Of a DNA stretch of 64,000 bases, positions 1-18,030 are shown piece after piece; position 1 is the stretch's first letter, and each line of letters opens with the position of its first letter. Both the position numbers and the translations under genes were made by a program. The notes below the pieces were generated by a model. That model ran no database searches. It was not told where the DNA came from and saw only the letters and a list, made by a program, of their open reading frames with translations. Source of the stretch: Trichodelitschia bisporula (Eukaryota); the NCBI GenBank assembly GCA_010356995.1, contig ML996688.1, positions 1,054,001 through 1,118,000 on the forward strand, read 5' to 3'.

Positions 1-44
1 GAGTTTAGCCGAGAGTATAGATCTTCACGATACTGATATGACAG

Positions 45-267
45 GTATTCCCGCAATGACGAGCTCGGCACGGCGCTTGGCATCACGGTCGATTTCCAAT
101 CCGTCAAGGATAACACCTTCACGCTAAGAGATCGTGACACGACTAAGCAGGTCCGTGCCTCAGAGGACGAGGTCATTGCCGCTATTCAACGGTTATGTGA
201 TGGCAGCGAGACGTGGGCGGATGTGGCCAAGCGTCTCCCGGCTTTCGAGGGCCAGGAGGTTGATTGA
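45..267 (+). CDS. GRS1: Glycyl-tRNA synthetase, last exon (anticodon-binding domain); 5' part outside window
   Basis: After ACTGAT..ACAG acceptor (41-44) reads YSRNDELGTALGITVDFQSVKDNTFTLRDRDTTKQVRASEDEV...FEGQEVD*, the typical eukaryotic GlyRS C-terminus. Confidence 0.9.
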
Positions 268-456
268 GGCTATACACCGGAATAAAGTGGTAGGATAGAT
301 TTACAAGGGATCAGATTTGTATCATAAAAGCAAATGCCACAGACGTCTCCTGAGTCTTGAAACCCCATGAAGCTATATCCTGCAACCGGTGCGGTCAGAT
401 ATTTGTGCCCCTCCAATTATCTTTTGTGCACAACGCTTAGCCACTCCAATAGCACT

Positions 457-1097
457 TTACTTCCCCAGATCTCCCATATCTCGCCCTACAGCCCCCTCAC
501 TCCCCACCCCAGGCGTGCCCTTCGCCTCAAACTCATCTTCATAACTCCGCAACTCAGCCTGATTGCGCTCAAACCGCTTCCGGTGTCTAACCAGCACCTC
601 ATGCGCCCGCATACGCTTATCCGCCTCCACCATACCGCCAAAAGTCATTGCTGAAAACTGCAGAAATCTAGAAGCGCGATCGGAATGTCAGTTCTTGGCA
701 CGCAAGCCAGGTATGATGTCACTGGTTCATAAATGAGAGGCGGGGTACCTCAGCAGCGTATAGTCATTGCGGCTGCGCGGTACTGGAATTGAAATGCTTA
801 CACTTTGAATTGCGGTGTTAGACCACGGTATATTGGACTGTAGGCATAGCCAACGCCGCCCGCGACAGCGGCGATGAGGCCCCACTGTTTTGGGAAAAGT
901 TAGCGCAGCGCGGGATTGAAGAATTGCACGGCGATAAGATTGGGGAAGACGGATTTGTGAGTACGGTAAAGGTTTGTTCGAAGGAAGAATTGGGTGTCGT
1001 GACCTACCGTTGCTGCGCCGGAAGCGGCGCCTCGTGCGGCTTCCCAGGAGGCTTCTTTGAGCTCGGGATCGTTGTCGAAGTCGACGATTCGGCGCAT
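457..1097 (-). CDS. Small conserved fungal membrane protein of unknown function, 3 exons (1097-1008, 884-802, 667-457)
   Basis: Splices in frame via GTAGGT..CAG and GTAAGC..TAG to MRRIVDFDNDPELKEASWEAARGAASGAATWGLIAAVAGGVGYAYSPIYRGLTPQFKVFLQFSAMTFGGMVEADKRMR...; two hydrophobic segments. Confidence 0.8.
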
Positions 1098-1532
1098 TGC
1101 AGTGATGGGTCGTTTGCGTGGGCGGGGAGGAAGGAACTGAAGGCAGTTTTTCGGTGGGTGTTCCGGTTGGACTGATGGTACGCCGGTGGACAAGTCAGTG
1201 AGAAATTCGGGTCATGGATGAGGGTTCGATAGCATGAGGCCAGGATGTTGGCGGCGAATCATATGAGGAAATGGCTCTGCGCTGGTTTACGATGGGGCAT
1301 CGCTTCGAACGACGAGGCGATAATAAGGCAGGTACGGGGGTAGCGAATGCTGAATCTCATGGCAATCATAGTATTTGAGTTTAATTCTTCTCATCACAAG
1401 ATTTGGGGTCTCCTCCATGGGAAAGTGAAGAGGTCTAAACTTGGTATCTATGCACAATGCAAACGAGCGCTGAAAGAACAGTTGACAAACTTCACCACAC
1501 AGCGTTCCCTTCAGGAGAAACAATCCTCAAGG

Positions 1533-4500
1533 CTACCTTCCATACTTCTTGGCCTCCTTCATGGTAAGTGCATCAGAGCTAGCTTCGGGGTTCGATGTAT
1601 TCGTCTCCGGTCGAGAGAGTTTGATACTAGACGGACTCGACATTTCCGGAAGCCATGACGATTCAGCATCAAACTTCTGACCTCCGAGAATGCTCGCTCT
1701 TGGTGTTTCGGCAGATGGATCCAATTCATCGAGATTCCCATCCGAAGTGAGCGGGCTCTCCCAAGCTGTGTCTGGCGCGAGCCCCGAGTCTGGCGTCACC
1801 AATCCTTCGCTACTATTCTCGGACCAGTCAAGCGGAACCTCGAATCCTGCTGCAATCATCTTGTTACGCTCGAGATACCGACGCAGTCTACGGTTCTCTT
1901 CCTCCCAGTCTCCTGAGGAGACCTTCGACAGTGCGGCGAGCTGCTCCTCGGGAGTGCCGGATGAAGTTTTCTTGAGCTTTGGCAGCTTGTCCCGCTTGGT
2001 CATCCTCAAGGCGGGTCGCGTAATCCTAAGAGATTTCCTGCCCTTCCCGGAAGTCTGACGGCTTCTGTTTGGCGAAATTGGCGCTGGTCGATCCGTCTCC
2101 GTCTCCCTGCTACCTCCCATCTCCGATAGATTAAGGATGGCCGTGTTGTGGTACAGCCCGTTTAGGAGCTCGGAAAATGCAAGCTGATCTAGGGCATTGC
2201 CATCGCAACGCAAGTCGCGGAGCGTGGTGTTGAGGCGGAGAACATCAGCAAGAACGGAAGCGCCTTCAGCACCGAGTTTCTGATGACGAATAACAAGTGT
2301 CTCCAAAGCGGTGTTCTCTTTCAGACCGCGCAGAGCTGGTATGAACTTGGGGCCAAAAGATGCACCTTCCAGTCGGGATTCGGCACCGGATAGGTCCAGG
2401 TAGGTAAGTGCTTTATTCTTCGCAAAGAGGCCTTCGACGGCAAGGGCAGTCTCATCCGATATCGGAGCAGAAAGTGAAGTTTCCGCCATGTCAAGGACCT
2501 GTACTCGAGAATTGTTGGAAAGAGAAATGAGAAGACTGCAGAAGTCCTCATCTTCAAGGTCGATCAACCTCATACTGAGTGAATTTGGCCCCATATCTTC
2601 GCCCAGCACGGAGGCAAGCTCTTCAAAGCCACTTTCAAGAGGATTGGCACTGATGTCCAAGTACAGTCCGTTTGCTGTTTGAACAGTCATGGAGTGTATG
2701 AGAGCCGCCGCTGAACTCCCATTGATGGTAGTTTCATCTAGCATCAGCAACCTCAGAGGATGAGATTGAGAACTATGAAGATATTGTGCGATTGAACGCA
2801 CTGTTGCTGCGTTGACTGTCGTATGACTGAGAATGAGCTCGTTCAGGCGCCAGTTCAGCAAAACTTCCAGAGAGATCAGTGGAGCAGGCGCCGGCTCGAC
2901 AGAGAGGTAAGAAAGGTTGACGCTGGCCAAGTTTCTGAAGCTGCTAAACTTTGGACCAATGGTGGCTGAAGGTGTGAAGAATGCGGACCCATTACGGGAT
3001 ATATTCAGCGCTTCCAGAGTGTTCTCCTGGCTCGCGAGTGCCGCCAGGAACTTGTTCAAGTTGCTGTCGTTTAAGTGGCATCCCGCAACCTCGAGAGCCT
3101 TCAAGTGTGTGCGTCGAGTAGCCGCGAAGTTGATGAGATATATAATGTCTCGGGCGGATAAGTGAATTCCGGATAGATTGATCCAAGGCAGCACGACGCA
3201 CTCGGTCGAGCATATCGGATACAGTGCCTCTAGAACCCCGCATCCTAAATCCTCGTAGTCCATCGCATCCTCCGGGATTTTGGCAATGGAGTTTGAGAAG
3301 TCGATCTTGCTCAGAATTCCATGATTTGAAGCTGCCAGTGCCCGGATTTCTTGTATCAGGAGACACGATGTCTTCATCTCTTCCTTTGAGAGACCAATAC
3401 GCGTTCCAAGCCGGGTACGGGTACATACATGTTCGTGACCGTAAGGATCGAAAAGACCGTTCAGTTTGTCTAATTCTACCCCACTGAAGGATATTGAGAC
3501 AAACGATGTGTAGCGAAGGGCTCGCATAACGGCAAGCAGCTCGAAGACGTTGTACGACGCTTCATCGGTACCCGGAGGCGGGAACAGTTGGAACCAAAGA
3601 TTATTTGCACTGTCTGATGAAGCAACGTACCGTATTCTCGATGGATCTTGGTCATATGCTATACAATACGCAATTACTGGGTCGAAAAAATGGTCATGAC
3701 CAGCCTCGACCGGCGAAGGCTCGTCCGACATGCGATCGAGTAAGGACCCAGGCCCTCGAAACGCAATGGCGGTATCCGGCCGTGTGGGATGAAGGCGCCT
3801 GAAGCCCCTATGCAGCTGACATGCCAGCTCTTCTGACATTGCCGACGCAAGCCGCAAAATTTTCGGAGGGTGGAGTGGAAGTCTCCGAGAGTTAGCAAGC
3901 GCTGGAATTAGGCAATAAAAACGAACCTGTGTGCCATTTCAAAGCCGTGGTCGGCTTCATTCAACCAGAGCGAGCTCACGGTTAGGATCCCAAACGACTC
4001 TCCTACGACCCCATCCGCAGCTCCCGCTTGATCCGGTTTGCTGAGGGAAATCAAGTGCACTTTGTAGAGACCGATCACAAGTATCTTGACCTCTTTACTT
4101 GGCTCATCTGCTGGTGTTTGGTCTGCAGGGTGCGCAGTGGCACGGCAGACCACCTTGAAAAGCCTCATGTCACTGTCTTCGGGACTGCTGTCGCCGCACT
4201 TCTCAAGATATGACCGGACGCAAAGTCGATTATGCAAGGAGATGGGCTCGCCGTCTCTCATAGCGGCAGGGTGTACGCATCTCTTCAGTACAAAGAGCCA
4301 CAGGTCGCGGTTGTCAGGATCATCGACGATGAGGAGCATGGAGGAGGGCTGGTTCGTGTGCTGGTTCAACCAAACCAGTTCAATCCCGAATCCAGGCTTG
4401 CCATCTTCAGGCGTATAGACAGAAACCACGTGCCGCAAGGGGATGACACTGCGATTGGTGCCTCTGTCATCTAAGATTTCCGTCGGCGAGTCTGGCGCTA

Positions 4501-5153
4501 CCGTGTCTCTAGAGGCATTCCTCATCAGGACGCCTCTGACGGCACTGGATGAACGGTCATGGTATGCAATTCTGCAAGAACTTAGGAAATGCCATAAAGC
4601 GTATGATGAATGCAATAAGGTAGGGAGTGGAGACGACGTACGATGGGAAATACAATTCCGCTTTGCGCCGGGTCTTGTATCTGAACAAGTGGTTTTCAGT
4701 GAGGACAAGATACTCTTTAGTCTTCCACAGGACGTGAGAGCCCGTGTGTACCTCCCCGTGATGCAAAATGGAATTCGATCCCTGTTCCAAGGCTGGCTCA
4801 GAGTCGACCGATGCTGTATCACTGAGTGTTGCGTATACAGGTGAAGAGATACCCAAGTCACTGAACCGTCTGGAACTCCATGAAGCAATCCGATTTCTCA
4901 TGTGACTTTCGCTATTGCGGCCGATACTTGCAGTGCTCTTCTTCTTGGTCCGCTGATCATTGAATCCAACTTCCGAAGAATTGGAGTATAGACTTATGCC
5001 AGAGGATGACCTGCTGTGAGCTCTTCCGACGGTTGGTCGATCATTGGATTTGCCGAAAATATCCGTCGCTGGAGCCACTGCCATCGACAGCCTAGAGAGC
5101 ATGTTGCGCCGGTTCGGGGCCGGGCTGCCAGGACCCCCTCCATGTCGGTCCAT
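1533..5153 (-). CDS. PH-like domain plus RNI-type leucine-rich-repeat protein, 3 exons (introns 4572-4641, 3883-3926)
   Basis: Three ORFs join in frame; PH-like WKTKEYLVLTENHLFRYK; many LxxLxLSxN repeats (LEALNISRN, LTYLDLSG, LRDLRCDGN). Confidence 0.8.
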
Positions 5154-6205
5154 CGTCAATTCCTGCAATCCGGTAGAATCTGAACCTTACTTGAGACTGC
5201 GGTCTGAGAAAAAATCCCCTACCATGAGGAAGCAAGACTTGAGACTTTTTCGGAGGCCCGGTATCTGGAGATGATGTGGTATGATAACAGGGTTGGTCTG
5301 AACAAGGATGTTCCGAACAACATGGATGCTACCGGAGAGAGTCCCGGCAAAGCAGGGAGAAGATGACGGAGGCGCGGAGAGCGCGGAGAAGCCAGCAGAG
5401 TCTCCAGCCCTCAGCTGTGCGTAAATCTATCACTCGGGCGTGATGATGTATTCCAAGCGCGGTCGGACGAGGTCGACGATCCGGGCAAGCGAAAAAAGCA
5501 ATCGTCGGTAGAAGAAAATTGAAGGCGGCCGCAATGGCCGAACCACATCAGAGTGGTGAATTTTGGTCGTGAATTTAGAAGCTGAAGGCGGCAAAGTGGC
5601 CGTCTATATCGGTGGGATGGAAATTCAAGAAACTTTGAGTTATCTTCAGTTGGCTGCAGGTTCAGCTGCAAGCCAATCTCAACCTGCCAGCTTTTTCAAT
5701 CTCATTGCACGAAATGCAAGGCGAGGGACGTCGTGGGGCGGTGTGGGATGAAGGTGATTGCTGCGGAACAGCACCTATTTGACTTTCGAAGGAGATAAAA
5801 CAAAAGATAAAAGAGACGCTAGGTGGTTCTGATGGTACGCGTCGTGAGACTGGAGCTATGTGCGGACGTGAGTTCCCTGACCGGGCAACCCATCGGCATT
5901 CCGCCTGGCATCTGCGCGGCCCGCACGACGGGCGGGGGGAGTTGACTCCGCCCTGCACCAACCAGCGGGTATGAGGTCATAGGTATATATGTGGCGCTAA
6001 CAGTCTTGGCGCAAACGAAAGCCCTCGCACGTCTGAGATGCATTTTCGGGCCGGAGGTTGTCCCGATGGCTTTGGAGTTTCAAGTCTTCAACACAGGAAA
6101 AAAAGTTGAGCCATCGAGACATTCATTCGTGTCATGCTCCCCTCCAAATCTTCGCTGCCTCAAATCCTCCTGTGCGACCTTTTCACCTACGCTCTTTCCT
6201 AACTC

Positions 6206-9040
6206 ATGCTTCGAACACGCGTAGCCTCTCCCTACATCTGTCAGAAATGCCGATCGGCTCTGCGCGCGAGCCTACGCCAATGGCGACAATACACACCCGC
6301 TTCCTCTCTTGCGACAATTTTAACAGGCGATCATCGCCGGACGCGACTCTTGCGACAGCTCCCGTGGTTCAGTCCCGCACGCTTCATACATACAGGCGAT
6401 GGAACTGAGGAGACTTCAAGCCCACCGGTCGTGGCTAGCACCAATTCAGATTGTGTGAGGGTCTCCCCTGGAACTGACTACAAAAGCGCAATATCCAATT
6501 CTATGGCTGAAGATACAAGCCATGATCTCCAATCATCAGTATCCACTTTCAGTGAGGATGCGGTGGGTATCGGGCAGCATGAGGGCGGAGATGGTGAGGC
6601 ACCGAAGTCGGAAGGCACTCCGTTCAGTGAAGTTGCGACTTTCGTGAGCCTACAAGGCGCCCTGTCGTACATCCAACGTACTGTACCGCAAAATGGCAGT
6701 GCAGCCAACGGTATTAACGCTCAGGAAAGAATGGCCGAAGAAGGCAGCAAAGGGCTTGACGGCGGTGCAGGCCAAGCCGGCGACGCTTCGAAGATAATTA
6801 TCAGGAAGCACCGTAGCGCAAAAGATGTTACGTCTCAAGATCCGCTAGTGAGAGTTAAGCATCTTTCCAGCCGACGTGAGTGAAGTCCGTCAGTGTCGGT
6901 ATAGGCGCTGAAAATCATCCCAGAATTGCCCATTGCCCGTTTACCCATCCCCAAACTCGCTCACGGGCTAGACAGAGTTCTCTTCAAGTAGGCTATGCCC
7001 AGTAGTCGAAGCACTTTGCTAATGCTATAGCCCCGGCATCTATCGGCTCAAGGATCCTCGCTCAAAAGTCTACAACTTCGATCCGTATCTCGAGGAGCTC
7101 ATTCCGTTAAATGAGTTCGACTTCGGCGCACTCAGGGAGTTTGTGTCGCCCTCAAAGGACAAAAATCTGTCCAAAGTAGCCAAGCTATACAAGGGTTCCT
7201 ATGTTGGATCAACCTCCAGTACGGGAAGTGTTTTACAACATTTCCATTTCCTGTTATCTGGATGGCGTCCGCTCAACCTCAGCATGCTTTCTCGGGGATT
7301 CATGGACAAACCTCTATCTTCTTTCACCAGCTTTCAGAAGATCCCTACCTCCATTTTCCTCCGTCGAACAGGGAATCATTATGCGATCGACGTGGACAAA
7401 AAGTACGACACAGAAACATTCACGACACTCATTGGACACGCGATGGAGAGATTATTTACGATGCCAAAGGAAAGTTTCGAGAAATACCGAAAATCATCGG
7501 AACAAGGCGATGCTAGATTCGAGGAACTCAGAGGCGATGAGCCATATCGTTATACTCAGTACGATAAAGTCATCATTCGATCACAGCTGGACGCATATGA
7601 CCCTCGCCTTCCCGGATCTGGCGTCTTTGACATAAAAACCAGGGCCGTACTCCCTGCGCGTCTGCTGCCGGACGCCACTACTGCAAAAGACTACGAGTTG
7701 AGGTTTGCACTTGGAATGTGGCAATCCTATGAACGGGAGCTATATGACGCAGCACGAACGACTCTTTTGAAGTATTCTATTCAGGTCCGACATGGAGGAA
7801 TGGATGGCATTTTCATGGCCTACCATAACTTGAAACGTCTATTCGGCTTCCAGTACCTCTCCTTGCGAGACCTGGACATTATTGTTCACGGCCAGCCAGA
7901 TCGGTTTTTGGGTGACCAGGAACTACTGGCAAGCATGGCGCTCTTCCAAAAGGTCCTTGACCGTGTGACAGAACGTTTTCCTAACCAGGTATGGGTATTC
8001 CAGCTCGCGACTCTCCGCTTACACCGCAGTCCGTCCGGATTCACTTCGAAGCACGTGAAACAAGTGCCCCGAGAATGTATATCATTGCCGAGCCTGTTTC
8101 GGAAGAGTACATCGATGAGCAAAACGAGATCTTGGACATGCGAATAAAAGCTTTCAGACTGGCTTTGACTCCTGGACCGATGGACGAATCGTCCCCGGAC
8201 ACTCAAAAGGAACCTGAATGCACACCTTTGTGGCCAGGGTTAGAGGGCACTGAGGGGGTTCTTCCAGACAATCCGAAGAATAATGCATGGTCCAGTCTTC
8301 TTGCACTCTGGGTAGAAACCGACCTTGTCGCCTCAAACATATCTCGTTTTGTGGGTCAGGAAGACTCACTTGCAGCCATGAAGAGGCTGGATGCATCCCG
8401 GAAGGGCGAACTTCTGAATCGGATCAAGAGCATCTACGATGGCCTAAAAATGTTCCAAGCTCGTCTGCAAGGAGAGACTGCACAAGAGGGGCTTGAGGAG
8501 GGGATCAACTTCGTCCAACGTCTACTCCGCAAGGAGCTCAGAAGGATGAAGCTAATATTCCCGGAAAACGATCAGATGTCTGAATGGCTGGAAGAGCTTG
8601 ACGATGTTAGCCCCAAGGATGACAATCGAACTGTAAAGCAAGCACCGGAGATTCTCGCCATGACCTTGAGCATACAAAATCGTGTGGACGGAGAGCTTGT
8701 TGACCGGCCAGAAGGATTGTTTCCCGAAAACAATTGGGAGGTCCAATATGCATTAAAAGAAGAGAAGGGTCCCGAGAGAGCTTGGAATTTGTACGCGATG
8801 TGCCAAACCCGCAAATACCGGGCCTGGAAGAGTACTTTTGGGGCGTGGGATGAGGGTTTCATGGCTGGAATTAAGCGCGCCTGTGAATCCGGCCGACAAT
8901 GGAGGGCGGAGGAAGAAAGACTCACGAAAGGACAGCCCCCGAAAGTGTTCTATTCACTGAGTGCTGACGAGAGTCCATCTGCCCATGCCCCTCTACAGAG
9001 CCCAGGAAATTTACCTGAAGATCGGGGAGAAGTAAAATAA
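6206..9040 (+). CDS. PET127: Mitochondrial RNA-processing nuclease Pet127 (introns ~6876-6923, 6988-7030, 7989-8029)
   Basis: Arg-rich presequence-like N-terminus; IPKLAHGLDRVLF, DPRSKVYNFDPYL, GSTSS, RSQLDAYDPRLPGSGVFDIKTRAV, KYSIQVRHGGMDGIFMAYHN motifs. Confidence 0.9.
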
Positions 9041-9581
9041 CCTTGGGCGTTTGCCTTATCGCTTATGTGACGGTCGATGTCTATACGAGTGCATGTGAAT
9101 TACTTTAGCTTGTGATGCGATGATAGTACTTCTATCAAGTGTGTATATCAGCCAAAAGGCTGGTTCTAGACTAGTTCTAGAGGTCGGAATGGAGCCAGGC
9201 AGGGAGTCCTGCAAGAGAACAGCTGGAATGAGCGGAGCGCTAATCATCACGAGCTACCCCGCACTCTGACAGGCATGGCCTATGTAGATGCATAGAAAGT
9301 GAATTCAGCCCACTGGTACAAGCGTCACCCTCAAGTCCCATGCACAAGTAGTGATATACCCCAATACTCATATCTTGGGACATAAGCCCGTCACGCTTGC
9401 TGTTTGCTGTCCTGTCGAATGGTGTAGCTGCTTGCGGCAGCAACCACTTCGAATACCCCAGACTCTAAGGCTAACCTTACGCAATTTCCCCGGCAGGCCA
9501 TCACTTATCGCACACCATTATCCGCAAGATCGCGAACCACCATCGATCCGCATCAACGAGAACCGTCGACGGCCAGTAAAC

Positions 9582-12001
9582 ATGGCCAGCTCTCCTTCGC
9601 AGGAGGCTATTCAAGGGTTCCAGGCAATCGCTCAGTGCGACGAGATCACTGCACAGCGCTTTCTGCAGGTGAGTCTTCCTGGCGGTTACGGAAGTTCCAC
9701 CTTTGCCCGAACATCGACTGACGACGCCGCGCCACTTCGCTACAGGGCACGAATAACGACCTCGAGACCGCCATCGGGCAATACTTTGACAACCCGGAAA
9801 GGTACAGCCAGCAGGACAGATACAATCAGGTAGGTGTTGGGGTCTGGTATCGAGCGGAGGGCCTAGGACTAAGTGGGGGGAAAACAGCAAAGCTACGCGG
9901 GCTATGACGAGACTGCCTTTTCTCAGGGTCGTTATGGCGATGACTTTCAAGGGGACAGTTTGCCTGGTACGTCTTAGTGGCATGCATAATTCTCTACGAA
10001 CGTTAGGCTAATGCCTTTTTCTGGTTCAGCGTTCCAGATTCACTCATCCGATGAGAACGGTCAACATTACGTGAACAGCACCGCGCCGACCCGTCCGCCC
10101 TCCCGTGCCAGCCAAAAAGATAACGCCATAACATCGCAGCAGGAGATTGGCGTAATCGAAGGATCGGAGGGGTACTTTGGCCCGGCGAAGCAAGCGTACT
10201 ATGATCCCTCTCAATGGACGCTGACAGTTGCCAACCCGAAGGTTCCTGATCCTGACCCACCAGGGCGTCTCCGAGCTGAGACCCAGCCTGCGTTCTTGAA
10301 GCCCCTTGCAAACAAAGATGCGCTTCCCAGCCTCCTTACGATTCTACACTCGATTCCTCTGGCGCGCAAGCATCTCTTGGCCTGTGGCGTGGTCCGTCCG
10401 GACTACGGTTTCAACGGGCAGTGGTGGAATGGAGAAGGCGCTATTGATCCACTGGAGGAAGAGACGGAAACGGAAGAAGTACTCGCGGAAACCCAGCGGC
10501 TGATGGCCTTCTTGACGAATACGACCCGGTCATACGGGAGCGCGCAAGCTCTCAGCAAGCTAAGTGGGCTCAAGGGTAATGCGTTCACAGTCGGTGAAGT
10601 GGAATCACTAGCAGATGACTTTCTTGCGTCTTGGAGCTATGCCGCAAAGCCTCACTCACCCGAACCGGAAGTTACTGAACGCCTATTTCGCACCGACATT
10701 GCGATGGAAGGGACCAGCAGGAAGGAAGTGTATTATGCATTCAACCTCAAGATTGGGATGACTGAGCAATCACTCTATGACGCAGTGGACCAGGCCATAT
10801 GGCGCGGCAATCTAGCAGGAGATACGGAAACGGACCACTACTTGAGCGAAGTGCCACACATACTGGTGATGCACATCGCACAACTGGACGCATCCCGCAC
10901 GGGCTTGGAGATCCCAATACCGCCTGTTTGGTACGCAGACCGGTATCTAAAGGAGAACCTTACTCTCACAAGATCAATGCGCAAAGACGGAGATGCGTAC
11001 AGGAATCAAGTCATAGCCATTGAATCGCGGATGGGAAGTTTGGAAATGTTCAAATACAAAAAGAACCGCATCACCCTCCCATCGAGCATCTTACTTGAAG
11101 GCGCCATTGAAGCTTTGGAGATGGGCGCCAAAACGGAAGCTACAGATGGTGACCAGAGCCTCCAGTGTACGGAGCTTATTGAGAAGCTGCGACGCGTCTC
11201 TGCGCAGATTGAGCAGAAACTACAAGGTTCGTCGCCAACTCCGAAGTGAAAATCTCTCGCTGACTTGCCAATAGCCCTCAATGAGGAAAGGAAGAAGACT
11301 GTAAAAAGGCTCGAAGAGGTGTGGAGCTTGTTCATGCAACCAGCTAAGATGCCGGATGAGCCGTCTCCCACGCATCGCTACAATTTGTGTGGCGTCTCGA
11401 TCGGTCACAACCTAACACATACCCTGTACCCCACACAGGCCGACCGAGCTGAAGCTAGTCCGGAGTGGTGGTACATAGAGTATCAGGATACTCGTGAATG
11501 TGTGATTAAGAAGGTTTGTTGCTCTCCAAGCCGTGCAAGCCTCATTCCTGCTACGGGTAACTGATCTCCAAAATAGCAAGTGACTGAAGCAGATGTACTG
11601 GATGCAGCGAGAAACAAGAGCAGAGAAGTCACGCTTGTGTATGCGACGGATGAAGCCGTCAGGGAGCAGGAGGTTCAGCTTCCTCGGCCACTTGCAGTAC
11701 GACTCCCCTGACCCTGGCAGCTCGTCGGTGCCCCTCACTAACACATTTTTAGATGTTTGTTGAGCGTGACAATGAGCACTTTGTACAAGAATGCGAGGAC
11801 TTCATTGCGCAAACTCAGCGTCGCGGCGCGGACGGCACTCATGAACCTCCTCCGTATACAGCAGAAGATGATGCTTGGGCAGGAGATTCAACCTCCACAA
11901 ATGCAGGTTGGGAGCAGTACTGGGAAACGGGGCGGAAACAAAGGACCATGCAAACTGACCAGCAGCTTGACACAGAAATGGAGGAGATCGAGCGTTCATA
12001 A
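9582..12001 (+). CDS. UBA-like / Rup1-like ubiquitin-interaction protein with degenerate USP-like fold (multi-exon)
   Basis: N-terminal UBA-like segment (AIQGFQAIAQCDEITAQRFLQ..NDLETAIGQYFD); YFGPA..YYDPSQW, PAFLKP, LLTILHSIPLAR, IPPVWYADRYL, FVERDNEHF motifs; canonical introns. Confidence 0.7.
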
Positions 12002-12763
12002 CAAGTAGGGTAGGCTGGATATGGCGTGATAGACGCACGCTTGTACGATTCCACGTGCAGGGCATTGATTGACCCGCCCCAAGGTTACGGCTAAGCTTTA
12101 GGGCGCATCTCGTGCGTTTTTACCCCAGATTCCGGGTCAGGTACAAGATGAGCCTCCTGTGCACGTGTGATAGTTCTAGTGGCGTGATGGATGTTTGATG
12201 CAGATCTACAAGTCTATTTTGGCAGATATATTTCCCCAGGATGCAATTCACGTGAGGGATAGCAGTTGAAGGCAGGATATGCACCCTTTTCTTTGGAGAT
12301 CCTGGTTCGATGCAGCCTACATTATTGCCGAATTGCAGCAGGCCAACGGAAAGGCCGGCAAGCTTCCGCAGGCGGAAGCCGCAAGCCTAGGGCAAAGGCC
12401 ATGCGAAAAAATCGTGGCCGCCCTGCATAGGCGACTTTGTGCGCAAGGGCGGTCATGACCTTTTCGTGTGGCCCTTGGGCGCTGCGGCGCATCCTTACCC
12501 TGTGACGAACGACGCGGGGACCTCCAGCTTCCGAGCAGTTCTCCGGCGCGGAACCGCTAGTCTTTAATCCCCCTCCGCCTCCCCCCCCGAAGATCGGACC
12601 TGCCGTCCCATGCATTTCGACTCGGCTTACTACTTGACCAATTCTCGTATCGCTTCGTAATCGTGCAACTGCGCTTTTCCCCTTGATATCTCGCGCTCTT
12701 CCCCTCCTCTGCCTGCTCGCCGAAAGTGTCTTCACGCGCGTGTCGAGCCGATTCTTCCTTTCA

Positions 12764-18030
<5,267 letters not shown>

